Positions 20,708 through 30,204 of a stretch of 64,000 nt of DNA are shown in pieces; position 1 is the stretch's first letter, and the number at the start of each line of letters is the position of its first letter. This DNA comes from an uncultured cyanobacterium (lineage in GTDB: Bacteria; Cyanobacteriota; Cyanobacteriia; Cyanobacteriales; CAWCAG01): positions 480,001 through 544,000 of the forward strand of contig CAWDOD010000010.1 in assembly GCA_963803805.1 (NCBI GenBank), given 5' to 3'. The position numbers and the translations under genes are program-made. Below the pieces are notes generated by a model, which saw nothing but the letters and a program-made list of their open reading frames with translations, was not told the DNA's origin and searched no databases.

Positions 20708-21052
20708 CTATTTAGAAGTCAAGTCCCTTAATCCTTCTTTGATTTGCTCTTCTACTGAGGTGGACTTAGCATTTTCAGGACGATTAAGCTTGTTATAATC
20801 AGCGCCTCCTTGTACTGCGTTGAGTCCTTTCTGTGCTTCTGATTGAGTTTTTTCTAAATCACGAGGCCCTTCCTTGAGGACATCTTGAGATTTTTGCTCA
20901 ATACCTTGTAAGGGGGTTACGCCTTTATCAGGGCTACTGGTAGCAGCGGCAGCAGGCAAAGTATTAGCAACAAATAGTAATGTGCAGAAAACAGCAGCTA
21001 TTAAAAAACGCATTGGACGCAAATTAGCTATTTTAGAGAAGAAATTATTCAT
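20708..21052 (-). CDS. Small secreted cyanobacterial hypothetical protein
   Basis: Signal-like segment, GLNAVQGGAD motif; ATG at 21052 preferred over the ORF-track start 21085. Confidence 0.7.
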   Translation of the reverse strand: MNNFFSKIANLRPMRFLIAAVFCTLLFVANTLPAAAATSSPDKGVTPLQGIEQKSQDVLKEGPRDLEKTQSEAQKGLNAVQGGADYNKLNRPENAKSTSVEEQIKEGLRDLTSK

Positions 21053-21210
21053 TATTTTTTGTAACTCGTAAACTTGCTTTAACAATTATATTTTCTAACG
21101 AATAAACCCTAGCTTTACAATCGTTCCCAGGACTGAAACAGCTAAAATAGATACAGATAAATACTCTACTTAAGATATGAATAAATTTGCTTAGTTTTGG
21201 GGCAAAAAAA

Positions 21211-21894
21211 CTATTTTCCAAAAGCTGTGGTTGCCAAGGCGATCGCCCCTGCCACTTTAATGCCATTGCTGCGTAAAGTTTGAGCTGCCGCTTTAATAGT
21301 AGCACCAGTGGTATAAATATCATCTAATAAAAGTACTGGTAAGGGGGGGGTTTGTCTTTGAAAGCTTTTGCCTAAACTAAAAGCATCAGCAATATTCTTC
21401 TCTCTTTGTTTGGCATTTAAGCCAAACATCGCTTCAGTTTCTTTAACTCTTACTAAACCAGATGTTTGCAAAGAAAAACCTGTAAACTGACAAAAACTGC
21501 GCCCAATTAATTCTGCTTGATTAAATCCCCTTTCTGCTAATTTACGAGGATGACTGGGTATAGGAATAACTATCAATCTACCACTTTTATGTCCTAAATC
21601 AGAATTTAACCAAGCTTCTCCCAACCATTGTCCCATTGGCTCAGCTAACTGGGGTTGATTTTGGTATTTTAAAGTCTTAATAGCTCGACTCAAAGTACTA
21701 TCATAGGAACCCCAAGCAAATAAAGGTAATTCTTGCTGCCCAAACTGGCAGGGGTTATGCAAGCGACACTGTTGTAATTGTTCTTCACAATGAACACAAA
21801 TAACCTTTTCAGTAGGGCGATCACAAAGGGGACAATTAGATTCAAGAAAAAAAGAGAGAAAGCCTTTAAATACTCGGTTCGTCCAATTAATCAT
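21211..21894 (-). CDS. comF: ComF family protein
   Basis: CPLC/CVHC zinc motif, RGFNQAE, LLDDIYTTGAT. Confidence 0.92.
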   Translation of the reverse strand: MINWTNRVFKGFLSFFLESNCPLCDRPTEKVICVHCEEQLQQCRLHNPCQFGQQELPLFAWGSYDSTLSRAIKTLKYQNQPQLAEPMGQWLGEAWLNSDLGHKSGRLIVIPIPSHPRKLAERGFNQAELIGRSFCQFTGFSLQTSGLVRVKETEAMFGLNAKQREKNIADAFSLGKSFQRQTPPLPVLLLDDIYTTGATIKAAAQTLRSNGIKVAGAIALATTAFGK

Positions 21895-22008
21895 CTTGCT
21901 TTTTCAGAAGTTATAAATAAAATAAGTGCCAGAAAAATCTTCCCTAGCTCCTTACCCAAAAAACCGCTAAAGGTAAAAAACCTACACTTGTTAAACTCTC
22001 TACTCCCT

Positions 22009-22159
22009 GGGAGCATCTCAGTTTTGCAGAAATAGTTTGTCTGTGAAGTTAGCTATTAGCTATTAGCTGTTAGCTTTAAGAATACATTTCTTGTTGCTTC
22101 AGTGAAGCTAATATCAAGTTGACGGCTAAAGCCTGTATTTACCAATTTGAGATGCTCCC
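22009..22159. mobile_element. MITE-like element with 12-bp perfect terminal inverted repeats
   Basis: GGGAGCATCTCA (22009-22020) / TGAGATGCTCCC (22148-22159); flanking direct repeat TACTCCCT (22001-22008, 22160-22167); internal TTAGCTA heptamers. Confidence 0.7.
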
Positions 22160-22233
22160 TACTCCCTGCTCCCTTCATAAAGTAAGATACAATGCTAAAC
22201 AAACAAGAATTGTACTAAATATTTTTAATATTC

Positions 22234-22602
22234 ATGAGTTCCGAAGCAGTTGATAACCAACAAAAAGATAAAACCCTTGAGTCAATGAAGAAGTTTGCAG
22301 AGCAGTATGCTAAGGGTACTGACACCTTCTTCTGTAGCGATCCTTCTGTAACGGCTGTAGTAATTGAAGGACTAGCCAAAAATAAAGACGAATTAGGCGC
22401 TCCTTTATGTCCTTGCCGCCACTATGAGGACAAAGAAGCAGAAGTGAAAGCAACTTTCTGGAATTGTCCTTGTGTACCCATGCGGGAGCGTTACGAATGC
22501 CATTGTATGTTATTTATCACTCCTGACAATGAATTTGCTGGCGAAGCGCAAGAAATTTCCTTAGAGGAAATAAAAAAGGTGCGAGAGAGCATGGCATCTT
22601 GA
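22234..22602 (+). CDS. ftrC: Ferredoxin-thioredoxin reductase catalytic subunit
   Basis: CPC...CPC...CHC motifs. Confidence 0.97.
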   Translation: MSSEAVDNQQKDKTLESMKKFAEQYAKGTDTFFCSDPSVTAVVIEGLAKNKDELGAPLCPCRHYEDKEAEVKATFWNCPCVPMRERYECHCMLFITPDNEFAGEAQEISLEEIKKVRESMAS

Positions 22603-22611
22603 GGATAATTT

Positions 22612-23016
22612 ATGCTGCCTCAAGAATTTTGGCAAGGAATTGACCAATTTAATGGTCAAGAATTTTATGCCTGTCATGATACTTTAGAGGCTTTGTGGAT
22701 GGAGTCTTCAGAGCCTCTTAAAAAGTTTTATCAAGGTATACTACAAATCGCTGTAGCCTGTCATCATCTAGGCAATCATAACTGGCGAGGGGCAGTTATT
22801 TTGTTAGGAGAGGGAGTGAGGCGAATTAGCGATTATCAACCTATATATGAAGGTATTGATATAAGCAGCTTATTAGACCAAAGTTTACAACTTTTAGAAA
22901 GATTACAAAAAATTGAGCCAGAAGAAATTAGCAGTTTTGTTGAGGAACTCAAAACTAATAATTCCAGTATCTATTTGCCCCAAATAGCTACAGTAGAACC
23001 GCAGAGTATTAAGTAA
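22612..23016 (+). CDS. DUF309 domain protein
   Basis: FN..EFYACHDTLEALW, YQGILQIAVA.HH. Confidence 0.9.
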   Translation: MLPQEFWQGIDQFNGQEFYACHDTLEALWMESSEPLKKFYQGILQIAVACHHLGNHNWRGAVILLGEGVRRISDYQPIYEGIDISSLLDQSLQLLERLQKIEPEEISSFVEELKTNNSSIYLPQIATVEPQSIK

Positions 23017-23149
23017 CGAAACTTCAGAAGCTACTTAAGCGTCAAAGTCTAAATATCAGCAAAACAAGATAATTTACTTAGGATAGTCAAGTATTAACCT
23101 GATTTGGCTAGCTATCCACGGTATTATTTTCTGTAGATTCCTCAATTAT

Positions 23150-23677
23150 TTGCACCTTGTTAAATCAATTATTATGTTCTCTGTTAACTCCCCTACTCCC
23201 CTGATGCGCCGCTTAGGAGTCATGTTTGTTATTCCTGCTGCTTTAATAGGAGCGATCGCCATTCCCGGAGCGCTTAAAAATGCCGAAGCACAACCAGGGC
23301 GGGCAATTACTATTCGTTCTGATCTCCAAGAAGCTAACTCCAAAACCGGGGTAATTACCGCTAGTGGCAACGTGCAAATTAATTATCCTGCCAGACAAAT
23401 CCAAGCTACTGCTGCTCAAGCGCAATATTTTAGTAGTGAACGTATTATTGTCTTAAGAGGTAATGTTTACGTCCTCCAAAGCAATGGTAACAGCATTAGA
23501 GGAGAAGAAATTACCTACCTGATGGATGAAGAACGTTTTGTTGCCACACCCAAAACAGAACGTCAAGTAGAATCAATTTACATCATCTCTGACCCAGAAG
23601 CAGCAACTCCAACTGTTAGCCCCGCACCACCTTATAATCCTAAGCCAGTTTTCAAAGAGCCGCAAAGCAATCCTTAA
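23150..23677 (+). CDS. lptA: LptA/OstA family LPS transport protein
   Basis: TIRSD.QEA, ASGNVQI, LRGNVYV; upstream of lptB; true start may be 23174 or later. Confidence 0.88.
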   Translation: MHLVKSIIMFSVNSPTPLMRRLGVMFVIPAALIGAIAIPGALKNAEAQPGRAITIRSDLQEANSKTGVITASGNVQINYPARQIQATAAQAQYFSSERIIVLRGNVYVLQSNGNSIRGEEITYLMDEERFVATPKTERQVESIYIISDPEAATPTVSPAPPYNPKPVFKEPQSNP

Positions 23678-23685
23678 TAATCCTC

Positions 23686-24432
23686 TTGCTCTCCAAAAAT
23701 AGTGTGAAAATAATTCTTAAAAACGTTCACAAATCCTATGGCAAGCGAGTAGTGGTTAACCGAGTCAATGTAACGGTTTCTCAAGGGGAAATTGTTGGTT
23801 TATTGGGGCCTAACGGTGCAGGTAAAACCACCACATTTTATATTGCTACTGGTTTAGTCAAGCCCAATAAAGGTTCTGTTTGGCTCAACGAAAGAGAAAT
23901 CACCACTCTACCTATTGATAAAAGGGCTCATCTTGGTATTGGTTATTTAACCCAACAAGCTAGTATATTTCGCAATCTTAGCGTTCAAGATAATATTAAA
24001 CTTGTTTTGCAACAAACCGACGTACCAGCTAGGGAAAGACGCAAGCGTTTACTTACGCTGCTTAAAGAGTTCCGTTTAGAAAAAGTAGCCCAAACCCAAG
24101 GAAGTCAAATTTCTGGGGGGGAGAGGCGACGTACAGAAATAGCCAGATCCTTAGCTGCGGGGAAAGAAGGGCCAAAGTTTTTTCTCTTAGACGAACCCTT
24201 TGCCGGAGTTGATCCCATCGCTGTTTCTGAGATTCAACAAATTATTGCTCAATTGCGGAATCGCAATATGGGAATATTAATCACTGACCATAATGTGCGA
24301 GAAACTTTAGAAATCACTGACCGTGCCTATATCATGCGAGATGGAGAAATTCTCGCTTCTGGGGCAGCAGAAGAACTTTACAACAATCCTTTAGTCCGCA
24401 AATATTATCTAGGAGACAAATTTCAAGCGTAA
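23686..24432 (+). CDS. lptB: LPS export ABC transporter ATPase
   Basis: GPNGAGKTT, SGGERRRTEIAR, DEPFAGVDP, TDHNVRETL. Confidence 0.96.
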   Translation: MLSKNSVKIILKNVHKSYGKRVVVNRVNVTVSQGEIVGLLGPNGAGKTTTFYIATGLVKPNKGSVWLNEREITTLPIDKRAHLGIGYLTQQASIFRNLSVQDNIKLVLQQTDVPARERRKRLLTLLKEFRLEKVAQTQGSQISGGERRRTEIARSLAAGKEGPKFFLLDEPFAGVDPIAVSEIQQIIAQLRNRNMGILITDHNVRETLEITDRAYIMRDGEILASGAAEELYNNPLVRKYYLGDKFQA

Positions 24433-24476
24433 ACTACTCTTGATGGGACACAAAAGCAATCTGAACCTTAAATTTT

Positions 24477-25655
24477 ATGGCCCTGAGCAAATCTTTCCAA
24501 GCTAAACTTTCTTGGTTTCCATTATTTTCTGGCTTTTCTATTCTGGATCGCTACATATTAACGGAGCTAACTTTACCCTTTCTCTTTGGGGTAGGAGCTT
24601 TCTCTTCTATTGGTGTGGCTATTGGTAGTTTGTTTGAACTGGTGCGAAAAGTTGCTGAATCTGGGCTACTAATGAGTTTAGCTCTAAAAGTTCTGCTTTT
24701 AAAGATGCCAGAATTTATTGTCTATGCCTTCCCTATGTCTGCTCTTTTAGCTACTATGATGGCCTATGGTCGTTTTTCTAGTGATAGCGAATTAACGGCT
24801 CTACGTAGCGTTGGCATCAGTGTTTATAGAATTGTTTTACCAGGAATTATCTTCAGTCTGGCAGTAACAGGCTTAACCTTCGTTTTCAACGAACTTATAG
24901 TTCCCAATGCGAACTACCAAGCAACTTTAACTTTAGATCGGGCCTTGGGGGAAGAAAAACCCTCCTTTCAAGAAAAAAACATTCTTTACCCAGAATATAA
25001 TAATGTCCAGCGTCCTGAAGGAGAACAAGAAGTCTTGACTCGCTTGTTTTACGCTGAAAAGTTCGACGGTACAACCATGGAAGGTTTAACCTTACTGGAT
25101 CGTTCTCAAGAAGGAGTTGAACAAATTGTCACCTCTGAATCTGCCACTTGGGATCTTAAAGATAATACCTGGAATTTCTTTAATGGTACAATTTACCTTA
25201 TTGATGGCGATGGCTCCTACAAAAAGATTGTTCGCTTCGTCCACCAGAAACTAAAATTACCAAAAGCTCCCTTTGATTTAGCCCAAAAAGGTCGCGATTA
25301 TGGGGAGATGAATATTACCCAAGGATTCGAGCAAATGAAAATTCTCGAACAAAGCGGCGATACCAAGAAGTTGCGTAAACTAAGAGTTCGGGTGCAACAA
25401 AAAATTGCTTTTCCCTTCGTTTGTTTAGTTTTTGGTTTAGTAGGTGCAGCATTAGGAACTCGGCCCCAAAGAGCTTCTAAAGCGACAAGTTTCGGTATGA
25501 GCATCGTGATAATTTTCTCCTACTACCTACTCGGTTTCATCACTGGAGCAATGGGGATAGTAGGAGCAGTTTCTCCTTTTTTGTCTGCTTGGTTGCCTAA
25601 TTTCTTTGGGCTGGGGGCGGGAGGATTTTTGTTAATGCGCTCCTCTAAGTTATGA
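24477..25655 (+). CDS. LptF/LptG family permease
   Basis: ILDRYI, SELTALRSVGIS; six transmembrane-like helices. Confidence 0.92.
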   Translation: MALSKSFQAKLSWFPLFSGFSILDRYILTELTLPFLFGVGAFSSIGVAIGSLFELVRKVAESGLLMSLALKVLLLKMPEFIVYAFPMSALLATMMAYGRFSSDSELTALRSVGISVYRIVLPGIIFSLAVTGLTFVFNELIVPNANYQATLTLDRALGEEKPSFQEKNILYPEYNNVQRPEGEQEVLTRLFYAEKFDGTTMEGLTLLDRSQEGVEQIVTSESATWDLKDNTWNFFNGTIYLIDGDGSYKKIVRFVHQKLKLPKAPFDLAQKGRDYGEMNITQGFEQMKILEQSGDTKKLRKLRVRVQQKIAFPFVCLVFGLVGAALGTRPQRASKATSFGMSIVIIFSYYLLGFITGAMGIVGAVSPFLSAWLPNFFGLGAGGFLLMRSSKL

Positions 25656-25662
25656 GATCCAT

Positions 25663-25690
25663 TAAGGGAACTCCAGAAAATAAAAGATCC
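25663..25690 (+). repeat. Short dispersed repeat (AGGGAACTCCA..AAATAAA..ATCC family)
   Basis: Near-identical copy on the opposite strand at 54162-54188. Confidence 0.6.
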
Positions 25691-25780
25691 AATAATTGCG
25701 ATCGCCAGTTTAATTTGTAGTTAATTCTTCAGTTACTTAACCGGGCTAATCATTAGAAAAAGGAACTAACCAATTATCAA

Positions 25781-27379
25781 TTACCTATTGGTGATTTGTG
25801 CAAACTGCCAACTTTTGGTTTCTGGATTCCAAATTAAGAAATAGCGCAAATTATGGCTAGAAACTTTGCCGTTATTCATATTATATTTGAAGCGCACATC
25901 AACCTTAGCTGTTTCTTCTTTTTCTTCTGCTACCTTAATTTGTTGTACGTCTACAAAGTCTACTGTACTAAACCAAGTTGCATAGGAAACATAGCCTCTC
26001 GGATGTACTCTAGGATTATTTTGTAACTCTTCAGGTAACTGTTCCCAAGCAGCTTGTAATTTACCATTGTTTAAGTTGCTGTAATAATCTAATACAGTTT
26101 GTTCTGGAGAAGGTCGAGAAACTTCTTGTCTGTCTGGTTGAGATTTTTCAGTTACGGGAGAATTGTTACTTTCAACAGGTGGGGAGGAATTCTCTTCTTG
26201 ATTAGCAACTTCTTCCCTAACCGGGGCATTATTTTGAGTTTGAGTTGGTTCTGTTTGAGAATCAATTGGTGCTGAGGAGCTACTTTCAGAAGAGTCTGTC
26301 GTTGTAGTAGAAGCAGTTTCTTGGCTAGTTGTGTCCGCAGTATTGTTCAACCTCAAACCGAGCATCACAGCACCACCAATTATACCAGCCATGATTATGC
26401 TACCGATGATAATACTACCAGCAAGACCAGATTTTCTATTCGGAACGGTTACAGTTTGGCTAGCAGGGGCAGCAACAGCTACGGTAGGAGAAAATTCTGC
26501 TTGGGAAACGGGATAGCTATTTCCTGGGGCAACGGCTACTGTAGGTGCATTATCAAGATTACTTTGCAAAGCTGCCAACATTTGGTGGGCATCATTGAAG
26601 CGATCGCGGGGATGACTCATAATCCCTTTGTTAAGTACTGTGGCTAACTGAGGACTAACTTGAGGGGCGTATTGCTGCCAAAGAAGTTCATCAGTTTGAG
26701 GATCATTAACTAACTCCTGGGGCATTTTCCCTGTTAAACAATAAATTCCTACTAACCCCAAACCATAAAGATCACTAGCATAAACTGGCCTTCCGGCAGC
26801 TTGTTCACTAGCCATGAAACCAGGAGTACCAATAACAATAGAATTGGTGGCGTTACCTTGAGAATTAACCACCGTACCCATGGCTTCTTTCACTGCACCA
26901 AAATCAATGAGTACAGGTTGATTATCCACAGAACGAATAATAATATTATCCGGTTTAATATCCCGATGAACGATGCGATTAGAGTGGATATAAGCCAACA
27001 CAGGTAGAAGACTAGCTAACACTCCTTTTACCTGGTTTTCTGCTAACTTACCCTGTTGTTCAACCAGTTTAGTCAGAGTCTCCCCTTCTATCCATTCCTG
27101 CACCAAGTAAAACTGATCAGCTTCAGAAAAATAGGCATATAAATTAGGTATTTGATTATTACCTTGGCCTAATTTTTCTAAGGTTGCCGCCTCTCTTTGG
27201 AAGCGATCTTTAACCAATTGATAGTATTGGGGATCGTTGGTGACGGGCTTCAGTTGCTTAATAACACAGCGTCTTCCGGAGGGCATATGGGTATCTTCTG
27301 CTAGGAAAGTATTGCCAAAACCACCCTCGCCAAGGGGTTTAACGATGCGATAGCGATTGTTTAAAAGGTTAGATGTCAT
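25781..27379 (-). CDS. Membrane Ser/Thr protein kinase (Hanks type)
   Basis: LGEGGFG, VIKQL, HRDIKPDN, DFG, GTPGF; one TM, S/T-rich linker, C-terminal extracytoplasmic domain. Confidence 0.95.
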   Translation of the reverse strand: MTSNLLNNRYRIVKPLGEGGFGNTFLAEDTHMPSGRRCVIKQLKPVTNDPQYYQLVKDRFQREAATLEKLGQGNNQIPNLYAYFSEADQFYLVQEWIEGETLTKLVEQQGKLAENQVKGVLASLLPVLAYIHSNRIVHRDIKPDNIIIRSVDNQPVLIDFGAVKEAMGTVVNSQGNATNSIVIGTPGFMASEQAAGRPVYASDLYGLGLVGIYCLTGKMPQELVNDPQTDELLWQQYAPQVSPQLATVLNKGIMSHPRDRFNDAHQMLAALQSNLDNAPTVAVAPGNSYPVSQAEFSPTVAVAAPASQTVTVPNRKSGLAGSIIIGSIIMAGIIGGAVMLGLRLNNTADTTSQETASTTTTDSSESSSSAPIDSQTEPTQTQNNAPVREEVANQEENSSPPVESNNSPVTEKSQPDRQEVSRPSPEQTVLDYYSNLNNGKLQAAWEQLPEELQNNPRVHPRGYVSYATWFSTVDFVDVQQIKVAEEKEETAKVDVRFKYNMNNGKVSSHNLRYFLIWNPETKSWQFAQITNR

Positions 27380-27514
27380 CAGTTTATTGCCAAAGGGAAT
27401 AGTAAAGGTTGGTTGGAAAAGATTATTTTGTATCTTAACTGCAATGAATCGCTCAAATAGTAACCTTTAGCCTGACAATAGAAATAAATAGTCAAATTTT
27501 TTTACACATAGGCA

Positions 27515-27976
27515 ATGGCACATCAGATTGAAGATATTGATGGTATAACTCCTTTTTATGTCAATCAATTAGAAAGGGCAAATATCAATACTGTAGAGGA
27601 ACTCTTAGAAAAAGGTAAGTCTGTAGCGGGAAGAAAAGAATTATCCCAAGTTGCAGGCATTGAAGAAGGAATGATCTTTCGCTGGTTACATTTAGCTGAC
27701 TTAATCCAAATCAAAGGAGTAGGAGGGGAGTACTCGAAGTTATTAGAAGCAGCAGGAGTAGAGAGTGTCGAGAAACTTGGCCAGGTTTCAGCCAATGAAC
27801 TTTATGAGGAGATTTTAAGGGTCAATGAACAACTGAAAATTGTCAAGTTGCTTCCTTCTTTTGAGCAAATAATTAACTGGATCTCCCAAGCGAAAGAACG
27901 TCCTGTGATTATTGAAGAAGAATCGCGCTATAACTGGGATAATAATTCTGAATGGTCTATTGAATGGGCTGATTAA
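27515..27976 (+). CDS. DUF4332 (HhH) protein
   Basis: IEDIDGI, ADLIQIKGVGGEYSKLLEAAGV. Confidence 0.85.
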   Translation: MAHQIEDIDGITPFYVNQLERANINTVEELLEKGKSVAGRKELSQVAGIEEGMIFRWLHLADLIQIKGVGGEYSKLLEAAGVESVEKLGQVSANELYEEILRVNEQLKIVKLLPSFEQIINWISQAKERPVIIEEESRYNWDNNSEWSIEWAD

Positions 27977-27995
27977 TTAGCTTAGGGGTTAAAGG

Positions 27996-28523
27996 TTGAA
28001 ACATAAGAGACGAATTGGTTTGTTTTGTTTCGGGCTAATGCTAATGCTTAGCTTTACCTTTGCAGGCTGTAGCACTGTCACCACAGAGCAGTACCAAGCT
28101 ACAGCCTTAACCAAACTTACTTGGCAAGTTAAGTATACTCCTGAATATCAGGGGCAAAGTGAACGAGAAAGACGTTTTGAGGAGTTTGCTTCTGCCTCTT
28201 TGGTTAATCTTAACGGTATTAAACCTGATGAGGTTCTTACTCCCCCGGATGATCAAGGTTTATGGTGGCCCAAAGTACCACCTAAACCGAGTTTAGATGA
28301 AATTGAACAGAGAGCAAAATCTCAAGAAAAGCACCATCGCCCGGAGTTATTACGACAAGTTAGCTATGAGATTAGTTATCAAGATGGGGGGAATAGCGTT
28401 ACCTTGCCCACTAACTACGATGTTTATAGACAGGTGGTTAAGTCTTTACCTCAAAAAGAAACTTTGCGCTTAACTTTAGGGGTTCGTAATCGATCTGTGG
28501 AACAGGCGGAATCAATCAGTTAA
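27996..28523 (+). CDS. Hypothetical lipoprotein
   Basis: FAGC lipobox after a hydrophobic signal. Confidence 0.75.
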   Translation: MKHKRRIGLFCFGLMLMLSFTFAGCSTVTTEQYQATALTKLTWQVKYTPEYQGQSERERRFEEFASASLVNLNGIKPDEVLTPPDDQGLWWPKVPPKPSLDEIEQRAKSQEKHHRPELLRQVSYEISYQDGGNSVTLPTNYDVYRQVVKSLPQKETLRLTLGVRNRSVEQAESIS

Positions 28524-28588
28524 CAGTTATCAATTAACAGTTGTTAGTTGTCTAATTAGCAGTTAGCGATTAGCTATTAGCCGTTAGC
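28521..28588. repeat. Degenerate heptamer tandem repeats (STRR-like)
   Basis: TTAGCAG/TTAGCGA/TTAGCTA/TTAGCCG units between convergent genes. Confidence 0.7.
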
Positions 28589-28592
28589 AAAC

Positions 28593-29252
28593 TTATTTAG
28601 CATTGGCATAGAAACCAATTTCAAATAAGTCCCGCACTCCAGTAAAACCTTGCCCAATAAAAAATAGCAAAGCAATAGTATTAAGGATAATATGAACTTT
28701 GCGCCAAGTTAGGGATTTATCTTGATAAATATCTTGGATAATTGCCAAAGAAAAAATCATCAGCAAAGTGGCAGCCATTCCTAAATAAAAATGGGACCAA
28801 TACCACTCATTGCTACGGCGAAAGATGCCATCTTGGCAACCTAGGATAACTATGCCCATACCAGTTAGGGTAGCAAAGACACCGCGCCAAAGTTTCTGTC
28901 TTGCTCGATAAAGGAAGATTAAGGAAGCAATGGTGAGGGCAAAGAGAAGGAAAATAAAGACTGTTTGAAAAGGATCACTATTCCATAATTTGTTCGCCAC
29001 AATATTTTTGAGAACAATAGCATAAGCAAACCCAACTAAACTCAATATCACTACTGCACTAGCTAACCAACGCCCCAACTGAACGTGTTCTTTACCTACT
29101 GCTGGAGGGATTTTACTTTTGATGCCCTCCGCTAACTGGAGGCGACGCTGGCGTGTAGCCCAAGCAAAGTTAACCACAATGCCAATGAGGGGAAAAACGA
29201 CAATAACAGCTAGGGTAGGATGAATTAAAGAAAGAAAATCTGAAGCAGTCAT
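28593..29252 (-). CDS. DUF4079 membrane protein
   Basis: HP.LA...P..G, EHVQLGRWL, SHFYLG, WRKVHIILN, QGFTGVRDL. Confidence 0.85.
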   Translation of the reverse strand: MTASDFLSLIHPTLAVIVVFPLIGIVVNFAWATRQRRLQLAEGIKSKIPPAVGKEHVQLGRWLASAVVILSLVGFAYAIVLKNIVANKLWNSDPFQTVFIFLLFALTIASLIFLYRARQKLWRGVFATLTGMGIVILGCQDGIFRRSNEWYWSHFYLGMAATLLMIFSLAIIQDIYQDKSLTWRKVHIILNTIALLFFIGQGFTGVRDLFEIGFYANAK

Positions 29253-29446
29253 AGTTTTATTTTGGGAATAGGGAATAGCGTTAATTAAAAATTAAAAACT
29301 AGGATTTGACAGATACTAATAGCATAGATAAAAGACTGAAGAAATACTTCTTGACAATATCAGGATTTTACAGAGGTTTCAGCGAGTGTTTATTGAAAGG
29401 GAACAGGGAATAGTCAATGGTTTTCTCCCTGTCTCCCCCTCAATGT

Positions 29447-29944
29447 CTACTTTGAAGCTAAGGTTGCGTAACCGAAGGTGGCATTGAACTTGCGACACCA
29501 AATTACTGTAGATTGGTAATCTGCCAGGTTGACATTATCGGGAATTTCATAGCGTTGGCTTCCCTGAATGCTTTGTAATTCACCGAGGCTAATATAGTCT
29601 GCTTCTTGATAGGTTTTGGGGACTTCTGATTTATGTAACAAAACAAATAAATCTGGTCCGTCATCGCTTTTAAAAGTGTCATCAAATTCCAAATAATTCT
29701 TACCATTTTCATTGACGATAGTCACTACCCCCATAGTGGGATGTTCTGCTTCTACAAAGTTACCAGTAGCAGTTGCTTGCACTTCACTAGAGGTTTCGGA
29801 AGTATCAGCAGTAGTTGTTTCTTCTATTGTTGGACTCTCAGAAGTGTCTTCTGAGGAGGATTCTGGTGTTTCTGTGGCACAACTTGCTAAAAAAAGTGCT
29901 ATGGAAGCGGCGATCGCTAATTTTTTGAGTTTACTGATATTCAT
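29447..29944 (-). CDS. DM13 domain lipoprotein
   Basis: LASC lipobox; GPDLFVLL, VIWCRKFNATFG; ATG at 29944 preferred. Confidence 0.9.
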   Translation of the reverse strand: MNISKLKKLAIAASIALFLASCATETPESSSEDTSESPTIEETTTADTSETSSEVQATATGNFVEAEHPTMGVVTIVNENGKNYLEFDDTFKSDDGPDLFVLLHKSEVPKTYQEADYISLGELQSIQGSQRYEIPDNVNLADYQSTVIWCRKFNATFGYATLASK

Positions 29945-30204
29945 AAAAAATACCTCATCATTAAAGTTATTGCTAGTAATAATTTTCAACTAAAACCCTA
30001 ACTTTAAATTAGGAATAAATGAGAACTTGAAGAGAAAATGGTGAGATATGGCTTCAGGTGTTAGGTAAGCTGATGTGCATTTAAACTGTGTATTACTCAA
30101 CGAGGAAAGAAGCTAGGCAATTTTCTTCCCTACTTCTTCATTATTCTTAGAGATAATTTCATTTAGCTAAGTCACACTTAAAGCTACATTAACAAAAGGA
30201 AAAT

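Noticed and set aside
30066-30093. TAAGCTGATGTGCATTTAAA repeat-like end
   Set aside because: No convincing partner end or second copy found in the window
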